Shown here piece by piece: positions 1 to 14,130 of a stretch of 64,000 nt of DNA. The notes below the pieces were generated by a model that did no database searches, was not told where the DNA came from, and saw only the letters and a list, made by a program, of their open reading frames with translations. Position 1 is the stretch's first letter. Every line of letters begins with the position of its first letter. The position numbers were made by a program, and so were the translations under genes. The stretch is from Eledone cirrhosa (lineage: Eukaryota): the NCBI GenBank assembly GCA_964016885.1, contig OZ024762.1, positions 8,618,001 to 8,682,000 on the forward strand, in the 5' to 3' direction.

Positions 1-46
1 ATACATGATAAAGTGGGTCTGTTCCTCTCTGAGCAAGTATTTAACC

Positions 47-465
47 CTGTGTGAGATGCACAATGTTGCATGGTAGTGAGACATGGGCAGCAACTGCAGA
101 GGATATGCGAAGGCTGAAGAGAAATGAAGTAAGCATGCTCCATTGGATTTGCAATGTCAATGTGCGTGAAAGACCAAGTATGGACGAGTTGAGAGTGAAA
201 CTCTATAAGAAGGATAAACTGCAGTGTGCGGGAGAAAAGACTGCGTTGGTATGGCCATGCGATGCGTATGCAGGATTACCGCAGGGTGAAGAAGTGCCAA
301 GTAATCCCAGTGGGAGGAATATGCAGTAGAGGAAGACCAAGGAAGATATGGGCAGAGGTAGTGAGAGCTGACCTCAGATCGTTGAAGCTCAGAGGAGATG
401 GTGAAGGAGAGATGCTGCGCTGAAGAGGATCTGTCCCACCCTTATAAGCAGGGAAAAGTGGATGA
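47..465 (+). mobile_element. RTE-clade LINE 3' fragment (frameshifted), array copy 1
   Basis: MLHGSETWA, RLRWYGHAMRM and RGRPRKIWAEVVRADLR are typical RTE C-terminal motifs. Ends in a GAT/TA tail. Confidence 0.88.
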
Positions 466-1707
466 TATATATATATATATGAGGATGATATATATATATA
501 TATGTCCCACCCTTGCAAACAGGGAAAAGCAGATGTAAAATGAAAATGATGATATATATATAGATAGATAGATAGATATGTATATATATATATATATATG
601 TGATGGTGGCTACAGGTGCCAAGAAGAAGAAGCCGGACAATCCTCTGATATTTGTTTATCTTCCTTTCCTTCGTGGGCCGTGGTACCCGGGTTTGTGGCC
701 GAAGCGACCAGGTTGAAATCAGCCACCGGTGGTTGATATCACCAGGTTAGGAAACCCTGGTTTAGTCGCTCCAGTTATTACTTCGTTAGACATAGTCAGT
801 AATTGAAATTAAAGCTTAAAGGTGTACTAAAGCCACAAACGTTTTTCTATCTATGAATTATTAGTGGTGTAAACAGATGAATTAAAGTCAAAGCTAACAA
901 ATATATCACCAAGAAGAATATCTAAGGATTTCCAAAGTGTAAAGTCAGCTCAAGCCTGGAGACTTATCAAGCAGGTGCCTGTCCCAGTTCCTGTAGCGTA
1001 AAGAGACTGAGAGTACATGACTTCCCCCTGGACATGATATCAGTCCATCGCACGGTTAACCCCCCACCTATGTGAAATGAAGTTTTTGCTCAAGTAAAAC
1101 AACTAACAACACAGTCCAGGAATCGAATACACATATGATCGTAAGACCACGGGCCTCCACTATCGAAGGATCTACCCTTCATTAAAGAATAAATTAGACT
1201 TATGCTTACGTCGCCGACATAATTATGGTCGGAAAGGACATTACTGAAAAAAGAATGAACAACTAAAGGAAGACAACAGAAACGGTCCCTCCTATCTGAA
1301 ATATTAAGGAAGGAATCTACACAGAAGGGCCCATCTTCCTACCGAAATAATTATTTTAACAAGCCTACATCCTACTGAGCCCAAGAAAGGGGCCTCATAA
1401 CTAGAACAGGCCTCATTTGTCCTAAATACGGAGCTGACTTTACATATAATTATATATATGCATATGTATATATATAGTATGTGTGTATGTGTATGAAGAT
1501 GTATGACCCCTAGCAAGCCAAACTACAGTTACTCCCAAACATGGAGAGCAAATTAAAATATTACCTGTTAGAGACGAACGTGAAATGATTTGTTAGTGAA
1601 CTACCGGTGTAACAGTAATTATGTTACCGGTGTAACTATTTCTGTTTACCTTATTTTTAAATCACACTCCTATATTAGTTTAGTGACCTTTCAATTCAAA
1701 TAAATTC

Positions 1708-2135
1708 TTGATGATGAGTGAACTCGCATCGGAGTAGCCCAACGCCTTGGCCTCCGCGTGTGTGAGCCACATAAATGCTCTCAACGACATAATGAGAAGA
1801 AGCCTAGACGCAGCTGACTTTCCATCTCAACAGGAGCCAGCAGGCCTAGGCCGCGGAGATGGCAAGCACCCCGAGGGAATCACCCTCTTCCCATTCGAAG
1901 GAGGTAGATCCACAAACCCCAGCATCGCTGCCCGTCTCGCAGATGAACATAAAATAAACAAATTCCGGTGTTTGTCCTGGAGCCTCTTCTATACGCACCA
2001 GCCGCCGTCGAGACCCCAGGTCAACTTGGACCCATTACAGCCGAGCTCCTCCGCAACATCGGAGTGTCTGTGGCCCGTCTGAGGATGGAGTCCCACGAGG
2101 TTGGATGGTTGTTGCAGCAGGTGTCACTGCCCTTA
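1708..2135 (+). mobile_element. CRE/SLACS-like non-LTR retrotransposon fragment (REL endonuclease region); also 9919-10346 and 18148-18575
   Basis: ALNDIMRRSL..FPSQQEPAGLGRGDGKHPEGITLFPFEGGR matches the H.ALNDII.R..EP.GL.R.DGKRPDG.T..P motif. A second frame gives PAAVETPGQLGP..ELLRNIG. Confidence 0.75.
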
Positions 2136-2368
2136 CATATATATACGTAAATGTTCCCTTGACTGCTATTTCTAGCATATATTAATAGACACTTTAGAAA
2201 CAGCACTAAAAATCAGGAAACAACAGTGTGTGTCTGTATATATATACACAGAGAGAAAGAGAGAGAGAGAGATAGAGAGAGAGCGGCCAAAGACACGCAC
2301 ACACGCACATACACATACACACAGGTGTATGTCTGCGTGTATGTATATATATGTGTGTGTCTTTGCGT

Positions 2369-2427
<59 letters not shown>

Positions 2428-2551
2428 CAGTGATCCCCCTCGCAACCTTTAATTAAACAAATCTGCTATGAAGCGATAATCAAATTAAACACCAAAATGT
2501 AAACAACAGCCCATAGGTGCTGCCGGATACACGATAACATGTGTAGACGAA

Positions 2552-3708
2552 GTAAAACATTTATTACTGTAATATAAAGTAGAAACCCCTTATTTAAACA
2601 AAGCTGCGATGCAGCGATGATCAAAACAAACTTCTCGTAGGTGCTGCCAGATACACGATAACATGTGTATACGAAGTGTATCTGGAAGCTTGGTCGTATT
2701 ATATCACTTTCAAATTGACCCCTATTATATTCAAATTATCCCCTGTGGGGCGTGCACCCCACGTTGAGAATCCCTCATAAATAAATATATGTGAGTGTGT
2801 TGCTATGACTGTTATTTCTAGCAGGTTTACTGCAGTCCTGTAGACGCACAACAAAAACCGGAAGTGGCAGCCATTAAAAAACTTTGGCTTAAAATCAGGC
2901 AAAAGTTTTTTAACAATTTGCCAAGAAAGATAACTCTTGTCTTACTTAATCGCAAAAATCGAGGCAAAAATTTTGCGTGTGTGCAGTTTGTTTGGTGTAT
3001 TTGACTGCTATTTCTAGCATGTATGGACACTTTAGAAATAGCAGCGATAAACGGAAAACAGCAGATAGAAGGACACACACCTATATATATATATATATTC
3101 CAGCTATACACTCACCCATACATATATATATATATACAGATACATAATTATATATCTATATACGTGTGTGTCCTTCTTTCTTATGTTTTCCGTGTTTCGC
3201 TGCTATTTCTAAAGTGTCCATATATGCTAGAAAAAGCAGTCAAATACACCAAACAAACTGCACACCCGCAAAATTTTTGCCTCGATTTTTGCGATTAAGT
3301 AAGACAAGAGTTATCTTTCTTGGCATATTGTTAAAAAACTTTTGCCTGATTTTAAGCCAAAGTTTTTTAATGGCTGCCACTTCCGGTTTTTGGTGTGCGT
3401 CTACAGGACTGCAGTAAACCTGCTCGAAATAGCAGTCATAGCAACACACTCACATATATTTATTTATGAGGGATTCTCAACGTGGGGTGCACGCATAACA
3501 GGGGATAATTTGAATATAATAGGGGTCAATTTGAAAGTGATATAATACGACCCAACTCCCTGTTACACTTCGTATACACGTTATCGTGTATCTGGCAGCA
3601 CCTGCGAGAAGTTTGTTGACATTTTGGGGTTTGCTTTGATGATCGCTGCATCGCAGCTTTGTTTAAATAAAGGGTTTCTACTTTATATTACAATAATAAC
3701 ACTTTTAC
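2552..3708. repeat. Foldback with ~530-545 bp inverted arms (2552-3080 / 3164-3708) around a (TA)n spacer
   Basis: ORFs 2699..2902(-) and 3342..3545(+) are near identical, and the arms are reverse complements by eye. Confidence 0.93.
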
Positions 3709-5384
3709 AAGACTCGGATTGTTTTTATATTAAAGGGGGGACATAAACATATTTTAAATGTCGAGGTGGGGCATGGTGCAGAGAAGGTTTTAAACCACTG
3801 ATATATATTTATTTATGCCCTTCTTTCTGTTGTTTTTTAAACTCTGAACTCAGCATCTTTCTGTTGTTCTCCGGGATTCTAGCAAAGTATAACAATATAT
3901 ATATATATATATATATAAATATATATATATATATGGCAGTCAACCTCAGACTCGAGAAAGCCGCCGCTAGTCGTGATCGTTGGGGTTATAATTAGACTAA
4001 AGTGCTTCCACTGGGCACCATTAGCTGGTTGTGATCATTGGAGAATTCCTTCTGCGCTGAAAGAGCCTAGGACTAAAAGATATATATATAGATGTCAAAA
4101 CGGCAGTTGCACAGCCGTTGGGGTCCTGAATATTTTCACATCTATATATGCGTGTGTATTCTGCGACATTAATAATTACATAAGCAAGCATATTTGAATA
4201 ACAAAATTTGAGGTTTAAATACTTTATTTTTTACCAATAACATAGAGAAAGGCATGAACAACACCACATGTTAATTACTTTAATATTGAAAGTAGGCTTA
4301 TAAATATTAAAAAAGCAGATTTTTTGTATCTTTCACAGTGGTCTGGTGGGTGATACCAGAGATAGTGGAGGTCCTGGTTTCGGTTTCAATCCTGGTCATG
4401 GGCTACATATAAGGTTTCATTTTTTTTTTTTTCTTTCTTTCAGTTTTCTTCTTATCTCTAGATATAAATATATATACATAAGGTAATTTGGTAGAATTGT
4501 TAGAACATCCGATAGAATTCTTTGCAGTATTTTTCCAGTTCTTTACTCTGAGTTCAACTTTACCTTTCTTCCATTCAGTCTCGATAAGTCTTGAATATGT
4601 CTAACGTAGCAATAACTGGAGCTACTTAACCAAGTTTTCCCAACCTAGTCGATATCACCTACCGGTTGGCGATTTAAACCGTTGGCAACTAATCAGTTAG
4701 ATTCGAACTCACTGTCTGACATATATTTTATACTTTATATTTGAATGAAGTTCTGTAAGTAACCTGGTGGCAATACTGCTCGAATAGATGGTTTCTATTA
4801 TGAAGTTATAAGTTCATTCCCTTTCCAGGATTGTAGAATTAATTTTATTTAGTTATTATTTAATCAATTCTTTTAACAAACAAATTATATCTATAAAACG
4901 CCAAATATAGTGAGTTCAAATCTGACTGACATGCATGGTATATATTTATGTTTCATTATACAGCGACACAATACACAGGAACTTATAAAGATATGTATAT
5001 ATTGTCCAGGAGTTTCGAGTTTAGTGGGAATTGGTACAACTCTCAATTGGAGCTAGTCCCTGCAAGATCAGCATAAATAATGTTATACCTTTTCATGAAA
5101 TCTTGCACACCCGATATTTTATACATGATTATTTAAAGGTGAACAAAAACCAAAGAACATTGTGCAGCATTTCTCAACCTTTCTACCCATGTCGATCTCT
5201 TGAAATAGTTTTTATGTCTCAGGGAAACCCTGCATAAAATATACTTTTTCTATCTCTAGAGCAGTGGTTCCCAAATCGTGTGCTGCGAGATGAAACAAGA
5301 TGAGCTGCAAAAGACTAAGATTAAGTTTTAAGATGTGAAAAATATAAAACTGAAATTTCATATAAAAGTTCAAATATAGCTACA

Positions 5385-5720
5385 GCCACAAACCTAGGCT
5401 CCACACCCCGCAATGCAGAGGAGAGTAAGATAGTACCGAGGCCTGACTCACCTCTTCCACTCCATTGAGACCTCTGCCATATTTGGTCCCCGTACTGCTG
5501 ATTTCCTCCATAAAGTCGGGAGGAAAGACGGCAGGAGCCTCGTGAGGAAGGGCGACTATTGTAGCAGGTGTCTCTGGCCTTGCTCCGAGGTAACGCTTTT
5601 ACGTTTCTTCCACGAGTTGCGGCTGAGGGACCACTTAGACTGGGGTGAAGTGTCTGTCCCTCCCCCGACTTCTTACTTCTTTTTTTTTCTCCTTTTCATT
5701 TTCTTTTCTCTTCTTGCTTA
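5385..5720 (+). mobile_element. Second CRE-like 3' fragment (also 13586-13921)
   Basis: Translates to IETSAIFGPRTADFLHKVGRK and SLALLRGNAF (IQRGNA-type terminal motif). Confidence 0.6.
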
Positions 5721-5929
5721 TCTCTGCTATACCACGGCATCAAAAACAAATATTGTATATGTATGTATGGTATAGGTGTATTTATATTTAGTTATCGAAG
5801 GTAAATAGACTGGTTGGAGAAATAACAGTCTTGTTTATTTATATACATATATATATGTTTGTTCTTGTATTTCCATAGAAAAGGTAAAGAAAAGCAGAGT
5901 GCTCTATGTATTGTACAGAGCTATTTAAT

Positions 5930-8269
5930 TACATAATAAACAACAGAATGGAAAACATTCAGACAGAGAAGAATGGATAATGAGCGTCGTAAGAGAAATT
6001 GGCCAACAATTAATATTAATGGAAATGTAGAAGAATTTCATATTAGTGATATGAATGTTTCGTGTGATCACTGTGGAGCTTTGAAATTTAGAAATGAAAA
6101 TTGTAACTGTTGTAATAAAGGAAAGGTTGTGTTGCCTCCATTGCAAATATACCCTGAGAGACTGAGAAATCTCTTTGAAAGAGGCCAGGAAGCAGTTGAT
6201 TTCACAGAAACATCTGCAATTAAAACTACATTTATTTCACTTCATTTCGTGTTAAACTTGCCTTACCACCCGGCAGAGGCCCGTATAGCTTTCATATTCA
6301 GGGTCAAACATATCACTACACCCCCACCTCTGTAACCTGCAGAAAATACACCACAATATGGCCAGTTATATATTATTGATGGGAATGAAGCTGTGTAGCA
6401 CAGATTGGAAGTACCACCAAATAATTGTTTCTGGCACAAGGTCAGCAATTACTCCAGTGTATTACTGGTACTTTATTTATCGACCTCATAAGGATGAAAA
6501 CAAAGTCAACCTTGCAGGGATTTGGACCCAGAACGCAATGGGCCATAACCCTATGCTGCAAAGCATGGTGTCTGACGCTCTACCGATACTGCCAATCTAC
6601 TGCCCTAGTGCCAACAAATAATGACTGCTCACCACAAAAAATGACTATGATAAGAGAGGTGTTGCATGAATGTAATCCATATGTCGAAGTGTACAATACA
6701 ATGCATGGCATCAAACAGCAAAGTGCAAGAAGAGAAAATTGTCGTGTACAGAACTGTGAATTAAGATTTAGAAGAGGATCAGATATGAGCTGCGATAATT
6801 TACCAACTAGTAATGATAGCTGTTGTTTTGTGGGGGATTGACGGCACACCACCTGTACAAAGAGATATTATCATCTTTCCTAAAGACCATCCTCCTCAGA
6901 AAATACCACATAATTCATGCCACTTGAACCTCATGACCGACCCATAATGGTGAATTTTGGTGGCATAGTGACATGGAGAGGAATGCAGGACCTGTGTTTG
7001 CAATAGACTGACAATGCAGGAGTATTACATATACTGTATAGCATATAGAGGAGGATTTAGTGCGATATATAGAACAGGTAAATTATTTTAGCAGTATTTA
7101 GTGGATGCCTATATGAAAGTAGAGGGATGCAGGCTTCAATATTTGAGGAACAATCAAGCCCAATTGTGAGTGGATGAGTATAATGGTTTAATGAATTATC
7201 TAAACAGATGATAACACTGAGCCTTAAGAAATGAAGGCAAGATAAGAAACAGAGAAGACATTGACAGAATCGTGTCAGCAGAAATACCTGCATTGGAAGA
7301 TGATCCAGTACTACATGAGCAGGTTTAAAAGTTTATGATCCACGGGCCATGTGGTTCTGGAAACCCTTTTTCCCCATTTATACAAAATGGATTTTTCCAA
7401 AAGAACTATCCATAAACCTACAGAAGGGAAACATTATTGAATCTAAATGGATACCCAGAGTACAGGAACTGCAGTGTAAATTGGATGACATTCAGTAGAT
7501 AACAGGAAGGTTGTGCCATTTAATGCCTTTTTGCTTAAGAAATATTGTGCACATATTAATGTTGAAGCTTGCCCTTCTGTAAAAAGTGTCAAGTACCTCT
7601 TTAAATATGTTACATGGGGCATGATTGTACAACTATAGAAGTAACGAATAATGCATTACCTAATAAGGCTCAGAACCAACACAACCATGATGAAATAAGA
7701 ACCTATCTTTGTTGCAGGTATGTGTCTCAGCCAGAAGCAGTGTCGTGTCTCTCGGAATTTAAGCTTCATGGTACATCACATACAGTATACAAACTAGACA
7801 CACACCTGGAGAACAAACAGAGTTTACTTTCAAAGAGGCAATGCTCAGGTTGCAGTAGAAATACAGGGACACCGAGACACTACCCTTGCTGCCTGGTTCA
7901 AGCTAAATGAACTTCTGAACTTGCTTACACCTTCTGGGATGCCGCCTCACAAACTCCAATTAAAAGCAGGATCAATAATAATGCTTCTATGGAATATTTC
8001 AATCCAGAACAGATTATGTAATGGCACAAGATTAGAAGTAGTGGAACTGCATAAACATTTTATCGAAGCTTCTCATACCTATGGTCCTTTGATGGGCAGG
8101 TGTGTTTTGATCCCATGACTGAAGTTAGCTCCCAGTGGTGCCAACATCCCTTTTACTTTGGAAAGACCCCAGTTTCCATTAAGACTGTCATATGCCATGA
8201 CAATCAACAAGAACCATGGTCAAATACATGATAAAGTGGGTCTGTTCCTCTCTGAGCAAGTATTTAACC
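5930..8269 (+). mobile_element. Internally deleted, pseudogenised Helitron RepHel
   Basis: Zn motif CDHCGALKF..NCCNKGKVVLPPL; IDRIVSAEIP; MIHGPCG; NGYPEYR; HINVEAC.SVKSVKYLFKYV; DEIRTYL..RYVS; TTLAAWFKLN. These are followed by the Pif1 C-terminus PSGMPPHKLQLK..LCNGTRL and QFPLRLSYAMTINK..GQ. Many stops and frameshifts; SINE inserted at ~6420-6620. Confidence 0.92.
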
Positions 8270-8688
8270 CTGTGTGAGATGCACAATGTTGCATGGTAGT
8301 GAGACATGGGCAGCAACTGCAGAGGATATGCGAAGGCTGAAGAGAAATGAAGTAAGCATGCTCCATTGGATTTGCAATGTCAATGTGCGTGAAAGACCAA
8401 GTATGGACGAGTTGAGAGTGAAACTCTATAAGAAGGATAAACTGCAGTGTGCGGGAGAAAAGACTGCGTTGGTATGGCCATGCGATGCGTATGCAGGATT
8501 ACCGCAGGGTGAAGAAGTGCCAAGTAATCCCAGTGGGAGGAATATGCAGTAGAGGAAGACCAAGGAAGATATGGGCAGAGGTAGTGAGAGCTGACCTCAG
8601 ATCGTTGAAGCTCAGAGGAGATGGTGAAGGAGAGATGCTGCGCTGAAGAGGATCTGTCCCACCCTTATAAGCAGGGAAAAGTGGATGA
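8270..8688 (+). mobile_element. RTE-clade LINE 3' fragment, array copy 2
   Basis: Same sequence as 47-465; it abuts and truncates the Helitron helicase end. Confidence 0.88.
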
Positions 8689-10579
8689 TATATATATATA
8701 TATGAGGATGATATATATATATATATGTCCCACCCTTGCAAACAGGGAAAAGCAGATGTAAAATGAAAATGATGATATATATATAGATAGATAGATAGAT
8801 ATGTATATATATATATATATATGTGATGGTGGCTACAGGTGCCAAGAGGAAGAAGCCGGACAATCCTCTGATATTTGTTTATCTTCCTTTCCTTCGTGGG
8901 CCGTGGTACCCGGGTTTGTGGCCGAAGCGACCAGGTTGAAATCAGCCACCGGTGGTTGATATCACCAGGTTAGGAAACCCTGGTTTAGTCGCTCCAGTTA
9001 TTACTTCGTTAGACATAGTCAGTAATTGAAATTAAAGCTTAAAGGTGTACTAAAGCCACAAACGTTTTTCTATCTATGAATTATTAGTGGTGTAAACAGA
9101 TGAATTAAAGTCAAAGCTAACAAATATATCACCAAGAAGAATATCTAAGGATTTCCAAAGTGTAAAGTCAGCTCAAGCCTGGAGACTTATCAAGCAGGTG
9201 CCTGTCCCAGTTCCTGTAGCGTAAAGAGACTGAGAGTACATGACTTCCCCCTGGACATGATATCAGTCCATCGCACGGTTAACCCCCCACCTATGTGAAA
9301 TGAAGTTTTTGCTCAAGTAAAACAACTAACAACACAGTCCAGGAATCGAATACACATATGATCGTAAGACCACGGGCCTCCACTATCGAAGGATCTACCC
9401 TTCATTAAAGAATAAATTAGACTTATGCTTACGTCGCCGACATAATTATGCTCGGAAAGGACATTACTGAAAAAAGAATGAACAACTAAAGGAAGACAAC
9501 AGAAACGGTCCCTCCTATCTGAAATATTAAGGAAGGAATCTACACAGAAGGGCCCATCTTCCTACCGAAAGAATTATTTTAACAAGCCTACATCCTACTG
9601 AGCCCAAGAAAGGGGCCTCATAACTAGAACAGGCCTCATTTGTCCTAAATACGGAGCTGACTTTACATATAATTATATATATGTATATATATAGTATGTG
9701 TGTATGAAGATGTATGACCCCTAGCAAGCCAAACTACAGTTACTCCCAAACATGGAGAGCAAATTAAAATATTACCTGTTAGAGACGAACGTGAAATGAT
9801 TTGTTAGTGAACTACCGGTGTAACAGTAATTATGTTACCGGTGTAACTATTTCTGTTTACCTTATTTTTAAATCACACTCCTATATTAGTTTAGTGACCT
9901 TTCAATTCAAATAAATTCTTGATGATGAGTGAACTCGCATCGGAGTAGCCCAACGCCTTGGCCTCCGCGTGTGTGAGCCACATAAATGCTCTCAACGACA
10001 TAATGAGAAGAAGCCTAGACGCAGCTGACTTTCCATCTCAACAGGAGCCAGCAGGCCTAGGCCGCGGAGATGGCAAGCACCCCGAGGGAATCACCCTCTT
10101 CCCATTCGAAGGAGGTAGATCCACAAACCCCAGCATCGCTGCCCGTCTCGCAGATGAACATAAAATAAACAAATTCCGGTGTTTGTCCTGGAGCCTCTTC
10201 TATACGCACCAGCCGCCGTCGAGACCCCAGGTCAACTTGGACCCATTACAGCCGAGCTCCTCCGCAACATCGGAGTGTCTGTGGCCCGTCTGAGGATGGA
10301 GTCCCACGAGGTTGGATGGTTGTTGCAGCAGGTGTCACTGCCCTTACATATATATACGTAAATGTTCCCTTGACTGCTATTTCTAGCATATATTAATAGA
10401 CACTTTAGAAACAGCACTAAAAATCAGGAAACAACAGTGTGTGTCTGTATATATATACACAGAGAGAAAGAGAGAGAGAGAGATAGAGAGAGAGCGGCCA
10501 AAGACACGCACACACGCACATACACATACACACAGGTGTATGTCTGCGTGTATGTATATATATGTGTGTGTCTTTGCGT

Positions 10580-10634
<55 letters not shown>

Positions 10635-10758
10635 CAGTGATCCCCCTCGCAACCTTTAATTAAACAAATCTGCTATGAAGCGATAATCAAATTAAACACC
10701 AAAATGTAAACAACAGCCCATAGGTGCTGCCGGATACACGATAACATGTGTAGACGAA

Positions 10759-11325
10759 GTAAAACATTTATTACTGTAATATAAAGTAGAAACCCCTTAT
10801 TTAAACAAAGCTGCGATGCAGCGATGATCAAAACAAACTTCTCGTAGGTGCTGCCAGATACACGATAACATGTGTATACGAAGTGTATCTGGAAGCTTGG
10901 TCGTATTATATCACTTTCAAATTGACCCCTATTATATTCAAATTATCCCCTGTGGGGCGTGCACCCCACGTTGAGAATCCCTCATAAATAAATATATGTG
11001 AGTGTGTTGCTATGACTGTTATTTCTAGCAGGTTTACTGCAGTCCTGTAGACGCACAACAAAAACCGGAAGTGGCAGCCATTAAAAAACTTTGGCTTAAA
11101 ATCAGGCAAAAGTTTTTTAACAATTTGCCAAGAAAGATAACTCTTGTCTTACTTAATCGCAAAAATCGAGGCAAAAATTTTGCGTGTGTGCAGTTTGTTT
11201 GGTGTATTTGACTGCTATTTCTAGCATGTATGGACACTTTAGAAATAGCAGCGATAAACGGAAAACAGCAGATAGAAGGACACACACCTATATATATATA
11301 TATATATACCAGCTATACACTCACC

Positions 11326-11361
<36 letters not shown>

Positions 11362-11929
11362 TACATAATTATATATCTATATACGTGTGTGTCCTTCTTT
11401 CTTATGTTTTCCGTGTTTCGCTGCTATTTCTAAAGTGTCCATATATGCTAGAAAAAGCAGTCAAATACACCAAACAAACTGCACACTCGCAAAATTTTTG
11501 CCTCGATTTTTGTGATTAAGTAAGACAAGAGTTATCTTTCTTGGCAAATTGTTAAAAAACTTTTGCCTGATTTTAAGCCAAAGTTTTTTAATGGCTGCCA
11601 CTTCCGGTTTTTGGTGTGCGTCTACAGGACTGCAGTAAACCTGCTCGAAATAGCAGTCATAGCAACACACTCACATATATTTATTTATGAGGGATTCTCA
11701 ACGTGGGGTGCACGCCCCACAGGGGATAATTTGAATATAATAGGGGTCAATTTGAAAGTGATATAATACGACCAAACTCCCTGTTACACTTCGTATACAC
11801 GTTATCGTGTATCTGGCAGCACCTGCGAGAAGTTTGTTGACATTTTGGGGTTTGCTTTGATGATCGCTGCATCGCAGCTTTGTTTAAATAAACAGTTTCT
11901 ACTTTATATTACAGTAATAACACTTTTAC
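10759..11929. repeat. Foldback, array copy 2
   Basis: Same arms as 2552-3708. Confidence 0.93.
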
Positions 11930-14130
11930 AAGACTCGGATTGTTTTTATATTAAAGGGGGGACATAAACATATTTTAAATGTCGAGGTGGGGCATGGTGC
12001 AGAGAAGGTTTTAAACCACTGATATATATTTATTTATGCCCTTCTTTCTGTTGTTTTTTAAACTCTGAACTCAGCATCTTTCTGTTGTTCTCCGGGATTC
12101 TAGCAAAGTATAACAATATATATATATATATATATGGCAGTCAACCTCAGACTCGAAAAAGCCGCCGCTAGTCGTGATCGTTGGGGTTATAATTAGACTA
12201 AAGTGCTTCCACTGGGCACCATTAGCTGGTTGTGATCATTGGAGAATTCCTTCTGCGCTGAAAGAGCCTAGGACTAAAAGATATATATATAGATGTCAAA
12301 ACGGCAGTTGCACAGCCGTTGGGGTCCTGAATATTTTCACATCTATATATGCGTGTGTATTCTGCGACATTAATAATTACATAAGCAAGCATATTTGAAT
12401 AACAAAATTTGAGGTTTAAATACTTTATTTTTTACCAATAACATAGAGAAAGGCATGAACAACACCACATGTTAATTACTTTAATATTGAAAGTAGGCTT
12501 ATAAATATTAAAAAAGCAGATTTTTTGTATCTTTCACAGTGGTCTGGTGGGTGATACCAGAGATAGTGGAGGTCCTGGTTTCGGTTTCAATCCTGGTCAT
12601 GGGCTACATATAAGGTTTCATTTTTTTTTTTTTCTTTCTTTCAGTTTTCTTCTTATCTCTAGATATAAATATATATACATAAGGTAATTTGGTAGAATTG
12701 TTAGAACATCCGATAGAATTCTTTGCAGTATTTTTCCAGTTCTTTACTCTGAGTTCAACTTTACCTTTCTTCCATTCAGTCTCGATAAGTCTTGAATATG
12801 TCTAACGTAGCAATAACTGGAGCTACTTAACCAAGTTTTCCCAACCTAGTCGATATCACCTACCGGTTGGCGATTTAAACCGTTGGCAACTAATCAGTTA
12901 GATTCGAACTCACTGTCTGACATATATTTTATACTTTATATTTGAATGAAGTTCTGTAAGTAACCTGGTGGCAATACTGCTCGAATAGATGGTTTCTATT
13001 ATGAAGTTATAAGTTCATTCCCTTTCCAGGATTGTAGAATTAATTTTATTTAGTTATTATTTAATCAATTCTTTTAACAAACAAATTATATCTATAAAAC
13101 GCCAAATATAGTGAGTTCAAATCTGACTGACATGCATGGTATATATTTATGTTTCATTATACAGCGACACAATACACAGGAACTTATAAAGATATGTATA
13201 TATTGTCCAGGAGTTTCGAGTTTAGTGGGAATTGGTACAACTCTCAATTGGAGCTAGTCCCTGCAAGATCAGCATAAATAATGTTATACCTTTTCATGAA
13301 ATCTTGCACACCCGATATTTTATACATGATTATTTAAAGGTGAACAAAAACCAAAGAACATTGTGCAGCATTTCTCAACCTTTCTACCCATGTCGATCTC
13401 TTGAAATAGTTTTTATGTCTCAGGGAAACCCTGCATAAAATATACTTTTTCTATCTCTAGAGCAGTGGTTCCCAAATCGTGTGCTGCGAGATGAAACAAG
13501 ATGAGCTGCAAAAGACTAAGATTAAGTTTTAAGATGTGAAAAATATAAAACTGAAATTTCATATAAAAGTTCAAATATAGCTACAGCCACAAACCTAGGC
13601 TCCACACCCCGCAATGCAGAGGAGAGTAAGATAGTACCGAGGCCTGACTCACCTCTTCCACTCCATTGAGACCTCTGCCATATTTGGTCCCCGTACTGCT
13701 GATTTCCTCCATAAAGTCGGGAGGAAAGACGGCAGGAGCCTCGTGAGGAAGGGCGACTATTGTAGCAGGTGTCTCTGGCCTTGCTCCGAGGTAACGCTTT
13801 TACGTTTCTTCCACGAGTTGCGGCTGAGGGACCACTTAGACTGGGGTGAAGTGTCTGTCCCTCCCCCGACTTCTTACTTCTTTTTTTTTCTCCTTTTCAT
13901 TTTCTTTTCTCTTCTTGCTTATCTCTGCTATACCACGGCATCAAAAACAAATATTGTATATGTATGTATGGTATAGGTGTATTTATATTTAGTTATCGAA
14001 GGTAAATAGACTGGTTGGAGAAATAACAGTCTTGTTTATTTATATACATATATATATGTTTGTTCTTGTATTTCCATAGAAAAGGTAAAGAAAAGCAGAG
14101 TGCTCTATGTATTGTACAGAGCTATTTAAT

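Noticed and set aside
666-712. Hammerhead-like GGCC..GGCC GAAG CGACC AGG
   Set aside because: No CTGAnGA core, and GAAA is altered.
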